Shown here: positions 56,416 through 64,000 of the stretch, one piece after another
Numbering within the stretch: the stretch's first letter is position 1
Layout of the letters: each line of letters begins with the position of its first letter
Assembly (NCBI GenBank): GCA_043228905.1
Contig: JBHGNT010000008.1
Location: 1,240,001 to 1,304,000, forward strand
Length of the DNA stretch: 64,000 bases
DNA from: Azolla caroliniana
Taxonomy: Eukaryota; Plantae; Polypodiophyta
Direction of reading: 5' to 3'
Notes under the pieces: generated by a model
Seen by the model: only the letters and a program-made list of their open reading frames with translations
The model's database searches: none
What the model was told of the DNA's origin: nothing
Made by a program: the position numbers and the translations under genes

Positions 56416-57077
56416 TGTTAGGAAACAGGTCCCTCCGGATGGGAAATGAGAAGAACAGTACTGATGAGCAAACTCGGCTAAGGCCGAAACCGGATGTCGA
56501 GTACCCGGCTACGGAAGACCCGGTGAGAACCAGATGTGGAGTACCCGGAAACAGAAGACCCAGTGAGAACCGGATGTGGTGTACCTGGCTACGGAGGACC
56601 CGGTGAGAACCGGATGGCGAGTACCCGGCAAGAGCCGGATGGTGAAGACCCGGTGAGAACCAGATGTGGAGTACCCGGCAACGGAAGACCCGGTGAGAAC
56701 CGGATGACGTGTGCCCGACAAGCGCCGGATGATGCAGGCCCGGTGAGGAGTGCTCACCGGATGAAGGGACATATTCGTAAATATGTTTCTGAGAGTCAAT
56801 CGGGGCTATATTTGTAAATAGCCGAAAAGTCATATTAGTATAAATATGACTTAGGGCAAACATTAGAGTTGTTGTCATTCTTGTTGGCGCAAGATTAGAG
56901 CGCAACAGTGTACATAGAGAGAGAGAGAGAAAGAAAGAGACAAAGAGTTCGTATCTCTGTTGTAACCGCTGCCTGTGGCGAAGACAGTGAACAAGAGGTC
57001 GTTGCCCCTGTGTTCATCTATTGTATATTGTTACATAGTGATAGTTAGCAGTCTGTGGACTGCCGTGCTTTTTCCCG
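56416..57077 (+). mobile_element. 3'-truncated solo LTR of the Tork-like family with an internal 40-bp repeat array
   Basis: TGTTAGGAAACAGGTCCCTCCGGATGGG... is colinear with 2320-about 2915. Homology stops at a (CA)n tract. Confidence 0.88.
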
Positions 57078-60000
57078 TGTACACACACACACACACACAC
57101 ACACATTTCATATTTGAATCATTGTTTTCTATTATCTTTGTGAATTTCTTTGCCTTATCATTTTGTTCTACATATGTACATATTTGTTTAATTATTTTTC
57201 TATTTTATTTGGAAATTTCCCTTGCCTTCCCATTATATGCATGTGTGTGTTGCGTGTTTGTGTGTAATTTATTTTTCTATTTTCTATGTAAATATGCCTG
57301 GCCTTGCTTGTTTGGAATGTGAGACAAGGTCCATGCATGCATTGGGTCCGAGGGCTAGTAAACTACATACTTAAGACCCATGTTTCTTCAGTATGTGTTT
57401 CGGACCCTGCACTCACCAGCCACCCTGGATTGCATGCTTCAACGCGTTACTTTGATATATCCCCATCTTCAACTAAACAAACTTTGCTTGCAAAAACCTG
57501 TGATTCGATAAGGCAGAACCCCATTACATTACCATCTCTATCTTTGGTGTGTCTCGTATAACTCAACAAATATAGTTAGCCAAAGAGCGACTCCTTAAAC
57601 TCACATTAGAATAATGATTAAATCTCTCTCTTTTCGAGAATGGAGATTGGAGGATACTAGGTGCAACAACCGTTGCACACTCTACCCTAATCTTCAGGTT
57701 GAAGGCGATGACCAACTCACATTACAACGCCACGATCAATTGGCGCTTTTCCCACTATTAAGGATTACATCAACTGAAGTGACACAAGTTCTCCAAGTCA
57801 CCTTCACTTGAGACATGCCTTTGACGCATGTATGCATGCTTTGAACCGTAAGAAAATACATGAATTACATACTCTACAATAGCAATGGAAGCTCGCTTGT
57901 AACATTCTCTTTAGATCATTTTCTTTTCCTTGTAAGGACGTAAAAATATAATCATTATCAATATCATCTAAAAAATGTCACAATGCAAAAGAAAGTTTCC
58001 TTTAGCCCTCTAGTTAGTGGATTATCTCACCTCATTTTCATGATATGAAGGAAGTAGTTTCTAATGATGTAGATTGACAAAAAATCAACGAAAGGTCAAG
58101 CCTCAACATTTTATATCTAAAAGCCATGACTACTTTACAATATATTTTGGCTTTAACTAGTTACATGTTATTATTTGGGTTGTCGTTATGGCTCAGTTCC
58201 CTCACACCCACTTCGATTGCCAATCATGAAAATGTTCAAACTTTTTTTTTTCTTCCAAAAAGAAGATGTTCAAACATTGTCCCACTACACATGCATGATG
58301 TTTCGATTCATGCCCTCAAGACATTCCACTTGGATTACTATATTTCATTAGAACTCTTCCTCTAAAAAATTGTGCACATACACAAATGTGTTGTAACCGA
58401 CGTTTGTATTAAATTGATCAACAAAAACTCAACGTAAATCATTCAAGCTCATCTCATTAAGAACTTGAGTTATTGAGAAGCCTACATGTAGTTTTTCCAT
58501 TTTTATGATTAATAGTTATTTATCACATGTTCAAAGAACAAACAAAGGTGTGTCCATGTAGTGTGAAAATGTTGTAGCACCAATAGTTGTGGTGGAAGAA
58601 AGTTCTAATGAACTGGTACACATGGTAGCTACAAAGATGGAAAATGACCATGCTTAATTTCCACTTAAACTTATCCTCTTGATGTTTATGTCAATCAAGT
58701 GCAATGTAGGATTTTTCCTTATGTATCATGCACAGTAGGGCTCACGAATTCTACATGCATTTTTAGGATGTAGATTATGTTTCTTGCTATGCATGTAGCC
58801 TCAAATATTTATGTCAACAATCTTAACATGAGTTAATTAACCCCTCAAAAAAAGAAACTGCATTTCATGATTGGGTGATGCAGGGAAATTTCCAAGGTTT
58901 TATCTTTGTAAGTGTTATTTAGATGTTATCAAGGAAAAACGTGAAACCATAAAGTTTAGCAACCTACTCTTAAAAGTTCCATGTTCCCACCTCAAAAAGT
59001 AGCATGATTTCCATGACACCTAAGCTTACACCGGAGTGGAGTTCATGGTCATACTCTTGTTTGGCTTTTGGATGAAGTGGGAAAATCCTTTTCTAGGAGT
59101 AGGAATCTTAGGTCAATATTAAAATGATATATACTTTAAATCCCTAGGTGTCATGATATAGAATGGTTAACATTCTTTACATAGTCCAAATTCGTAGGTC
59201 ACTCATTTTCCATATGATTAAATACCTTGGCCTACTTTTGTTGACTTCTCGTGAGCATGAAAGCTTGAATTTTTGGGTGCACTCCCATTCATTACCAAGG
59301 CAATGCCACAAGGAGTTGGAAACATAACCAAGCAATGTTGTCAGAATTCTTCATAACATTATTGGTCAAAGATGGTGTGCTACAGAATTATGTTGTGACA
59401 ACCTCACATGCATGCAACTTCAAACACTTTTAGGCTGATGAGCTTCAAATGCTTTTACACTCTCTATTCATAACATTAAATTATGTCTTAAAGCACAATT
59501 TGAAACCATTACCTTTTTGCATAATTGTAAGGGACAATTACCATCCCTACCATTCTGTTAGAAAAAAATATGCTAGAAAATCATTCCCTTTTTTTGCTAT
59601 AAAGTTTTCCCATAATATGCACTTCAACACAGCTACGCATGGGTAATAACCATCAATTAGATCGTCATAGGATAGGCATATTTGCATTGGAGTTCTAAAG
59701 GACATCAACAAGAAAGATAAGATGTAGTCGTTACAGCTTCATAATAACTCACTTGCATATCTAAAATATCATTGGGAAAATCAAGAGATCATGGTGTGCT
59801 CCAAATATGGTGATTTACATTCTCACACCTTTACAATGTATCCCATTAGATATGTTTGGTGTTTGTCAACAATTTTGTATTTTCAAAGTTGGCAGATGTG
59901 TATGAACCATTAGCAACATTCGCTGTAATTAGTTAGATGGGATTCAAATTTATTGGTCCAAGTCATTGAACTACAATGTAGAGCAAAGTTGCATATCTTG

Positions 60001-60699
60001 TGTGTTTGATGCTCATTAATAGTAGCATAAAAAAATTGCAAAAAGATTACTCATGAATTAATTAATGAGGGGTTCTCATTGCCGCATCCATGGTCATGAC
60101 ATGGGGATTTTTCATGCGATCATCTATCTAAAAGCATTCATGGTATTGTGATGAAAAATACTCAATAAATCTCTCATAACATATTGATTAAAAATAACTA
60201 GGCACAACTTTATTATGCTTTTTTCTCCATACTTTTCTACAATGTCAAAGCTTATTTATGCATATGCAGGTACGGATACACGTTCATATGTGCATGTGAA
60301 CAAAACTTACAATACATTGCATATATGACAGTAACTTAGTTATTGAATAAAACAAGTCATTCATGCAATATCCTAATGTGCATGCATCAAGTTTATATAT
60401 GATATGGGAGACATTCCTACACAACAAACAATATTTTTCTATAATGACTCATTAGTTTACGTCAAGGTCATGTTTTCTAAGTCTTGAGGAAATGATATGT
60501 TGCAAAAGATTCTTACTTTTTTTTGGGTTTGAGACTCTTATGAATTTGAAATCATTTGCAAAAATTCAAAAAGGTGAATTGGTTTGCCAAAGTTCATCAT
60601 GCTCATTACTTCAGAAGATATGATTGACATGGGGAAACAAAATTTCAAATTGGCTTTGTCTTTAACATAAGATCATCTAAAACTATTTTACGTGTACTC

Positions 60700-62680
60700 A
60701 AGTACATCATATGTCTTGCCTAGAATACGAAAGACCGACTGGCTTAGAGGCTATATGCACTAAGAGTAAGTCAAAGAAGATGTAAAGAAAGAAAGGCGTA
60801 GATGGTGCTATGCAGCGGAAGTAAACTTTGTGTGTGAGTGTGTGTATGCACGTGATGCAAGAGAGAGAGAGAGAGCTCTAAACAAGAAATCAATATGTTA
60901 CATCCAACAGTTACTCAGTTACAAAAGATTGGTTTAAATACCAACTAGTCTAGGGCAAATGCCCTTTCTACTAATTATAAATCTATCCTAGTAAGTTGTC
61001 CACTGACTAGTGTGAACAGTATCCCTATGGGAAGTTGAGTCTGATTCTTAACACGCCCCTTTGAAAACAACTTTCGGACACCGAAAAGTTGTTTTGATTC
61101 AATTTTCGAAAACTTCAATTTGGCTAAATCAACTTTCGGTTTTTTGCCCAAATATCCAAATCGGTTTTCAGCTCTGTTGTCCAGTGGTCGGCGATTATTG
61201 ATCTTTTTCATTATTTTTGGTACTCCCTCTCAAGCTCGACAGTGTATCCTAGTAGGTTGTCCACTGACTAGTGTGAACACTGTCCCTATGGGAAGTTGAG
61301 TTCGATTCTCAACACGCCCCTTCGACCACAACTTCCGGACACCCTTTCTACTAATTACAAATCTATCCTAGTAAGTTGTCCACTAACTAGTGTGAACACT
61401 GTCCCTATGAGAAGTTGAGTTTGATTCTCAACACGTCCCTTTGAACACAACTTCCGAACGCCGAAAAGTTGTTTCGATTCAATATTGGAAAACTTCGATT
61501 CGGCTGAATCGACCCTCGGTTTTTCGCCCGAATATCCGAATCGGTTTTTAGCTTTGTTGTCCGGTGGTCGGCGATTACTGATATTTTTCAGTATTTTCGG
61601 TACTCCCCCTCAAGCTCAACAATGTAGATAACGTGAGACCAAGGTCCGTCATAAATTGGCTGAGCTTGTCAACTCCTAAGGCCTTAGTGTGTCAGCAACT
61701 TGTAGATTTGTGTTGATGTGTTGTAAATCGGCATCTCCAACTTGAACGCGCTCACGGATGAAGTGGTAGTGCACTTCAATATGTTTTGTGCATGCATGGA
61801 ACACCGGGTTTCAAGCTAGGTAGATACTGCTCATGTTGTCGTAGTATAAGCAGATAGGATCCGTGATGGGAGCACCCAGATCTTTCAAAATGCGTTTGAG
61901 CCAAACGGCCTCACATGCGGCGACTGTCGTGCCCTTGTATTCAGCCTCTGTACTCGACAGTGCGACTGTCGGTTGCTTCTTGCTACTCCAGGAGAGCGCT
62001 CCCACTGCCGAGGGAGAAGACAAAACCTGGCGTTGATCGTCTATTGGCCTTATAGCCAGGCCAAACTACCTATGTGTACCCTTCGAGTCGAATAACCGTA
62101 TTCGACTTGTACAGAATGTCGTAATTCATCGTAGCGTTGACATACCAGAGTACCCTCTTAGCACAATTGAGATGATCATTTCGCGGGGTCTGCATGAATT
62201 GGCTAAGGAGGCCGACCGAATAGCTAAGGTCGGGTCATGTGATGGTTAGATAGATTAGGCTACCGATGAGCTGTCAATACGGAGTCGGCTCACACTCTGT
62301 TGTTCCTAAATCGACATTGATCTTGAGATTACAATCAAGAGGGGTAGACACAAGTTTGCACCCGGTCATTCTGAACTTGTAGAGTAAGTGAGAATGTAGT
62401 GCCATTGTGAGATTAATATCTCGACTGGTGTTTGAATTACTTCAATGCCAAGGAAGTAATGGAGCTCGTGCATATCTTCATTTCAAAAATGCCAGATAGG
62501 AGTGATTTTACCTTGTTAATCTCGACAAGATTTTGTCTTCCGATTACCAAATCATCCACGTACAGAAGAATGGCGATCGGGGTTTTCAACTCGTTTCGAA
62601 TGTAGAGAGAGTTGTCTGATTTCGACATTCGAAAGCCAATTTGATGAAGGTACTGAGTGATCTTTGAATGCCAAGCACCT
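60700..62680 (-). mobile_element. 3' part of an old copia: RT/RNase H remnants (62680-61640), rearranged 3' UTR/PPT, 3' LTR ending at 61053
   Basis: ILLYVDDLVIG, SWSSKKQPTVALSSTEAEY and KHIEVHYHF motifs. AGGGGCG-TGTT PPT/LTR junctions. The outer LTR end is uncertain. Confidence 0.8.
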
Positions 62681-63611
62681 TGTTGTGAAGATCCGTCACT
62701 ACGTGCGGATCGTGAGGTGGAACCGCCGAGGTTCTGGACCGGAAGGACTCAAAGTATGCACTAGCTTTAGCGAGAAAGGATTTAAGATAGATTAGGAGAG
62801 AGAGATTGAGATTAAGATTCCAATTTTAAAACAGATTCAGAATGATTGAAATAGAAAGAGAGATTAAGATTGAACTCTTGACTTTAGATTTGAAGAACAA
62901 GGTATATCATCAAAAGGATAACAAATTTTTTTCTTAATATTAATTTTGATATAAAGTACAAAGCTTTCCTTTTAATCTTTTTCATCCACCCTTTTATAAA
63001 TGCTCCAATGCATATGATGCATGTGAGGGTACAAGACATGCATATAATGCATGAAATGCATGTGATGCATGTTTGAAATTTGGCACTCATGCATCACATC
63101 ACATGTATGAGGATTTACATGTAAAACTACAATGATAGGAAAATCATTTCTAAGGAAATGACATAGCCGAGTGGTAAGTCTATTGCCTCCTATCTTGGAG
63201 GTGCAAAGTTTGAGTCTTGATTACATCTTTTTTTTTTATGCACAAAATACTATTAGGCTTTTGGACCAAATATCTTTAAGACACCATGTACCGCGATCAA
63301 CCGACCCGACCAATCCGTCCGATTTGCATCCGTTTGGTCCGGTCCGGTCCGCATCCCGAGTCGCTTGTCAGTGGCCAGTTCCGCCGGCTCCGAACTGGCT
63401 CACCGGCTCTGTCGCCGAATGCCATTCACCGGTCGCCAGTTCCGTCCGGTCACCGATTGCCGAATGCATCCGGTTGCCGGTCCTGTCATCGGCCGATTTG
63501 AGTTTCTTCACCGGTCAGTTCAAGCACTTAGCCACATCCAACGACTTAGCCACATATGTCCATCTAGACAAAAGTGGCCCAAGTCCAACTATTTCTTATG
63601 TGCTCTTAACA
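62681..63611 (-). mobile_element. Possible LTR interrupting the copia RT
   Basis: TGTTG start coincides with the loss of RT homology, and a TTAACA end lies at 63611. LTR-like composition, but no matching TSD was found. Confidence 0.35.
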
Positions 63612-64000
63612 CATAGATAAAATATGATGGATCTCAATCTTCTTATATAGTTGGAGCCTAAACTTTTCCTATCTATGTGGGATATTTCACAGTTTTATTT
63701 TTCTCTTTTTCTTTTGCAAAACTTCATACCCATATAACTTGACACTTAGATGCCCGTTTCTTATGTAGTGAAGTGCATTCGAACGCTATTCAAGACCTCC
63801 ATCTTTTTGTACCAAGGTATTAAACTTATTTCAAATTAGTATCTTCAATATTATTGTTTTATGCGATTCATACTCGGTTTCGTATGTTTTATGCAATTTT
63901 CACACCATTGCCGAAAATCTTCACGACAACGCGGTGCTTGCTTACGGCCGTAGAGTGGCTTCTTTAGTCTACAGACTGCTTTCGGATGATTTTTCGATTT

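Noticed and set aside
56490-56760. CRISPR-like array
   Set aside because: The intervening segments are homologous to each other rather than unique spacers, the array lies inside a copia LTR, and no cas genes are present.
57560-60690. Possible decayed DNA transposon (similarly 33350-34850 and 39330-40860)
   Set aside because: Coding-like composition but no ORF, TIR/TSD or motif that could be identified with confidence; a translated HMM search would be needed.

Overview
Eukaryotic land-plant nuclear DNA; a non-seed plant such as a fern is plausible from the retroelement types, but that is inference. About two thirds of the window is LTR retrotransposon. The largest block is a three-level nest: an old copia at 6.2-21.7 kb contains a Phygy-like Ty3/gypsy at 7207-20935, which contains a Tnt1/Tork-like copia at 11872-17516. 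Also present are a second full-length Tork-like copia (22272-27163), a young chromodomain gypsy with a partial tandem structure (43235-50713), a deleted copia, solo LTRs, three hAT-type MITEs and LINE scraps. Host genes are tRNA-Thr(AGT), a 4-exon NT-C2 domain gene (785 aa) and two paralogous GPI-anchored lipid transfer protein genes. Most unusual observations: (1) the Phygy-like element has gag-pol antisense to its own LTR TATA/PPT polarity, a purine tract at both inner LTR borders and no tRNA primer site; (2) three copia elements are each rearranged at the PPT/3'-LTR junction, one by a 41-bp fold-back inversion; (3) about 360 bp of filler DNA carrying a plastid-type trnG(GCC) 3' end sits inside an RT gene; (4) the NT-C2 protein may have a papain-like Cys/His/Asp domain; (5) an array of tRNA T-arm/B-box repeats lies in an LTPG promoter. 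All coordinates and identities were read by eye, with no alignment or database search.
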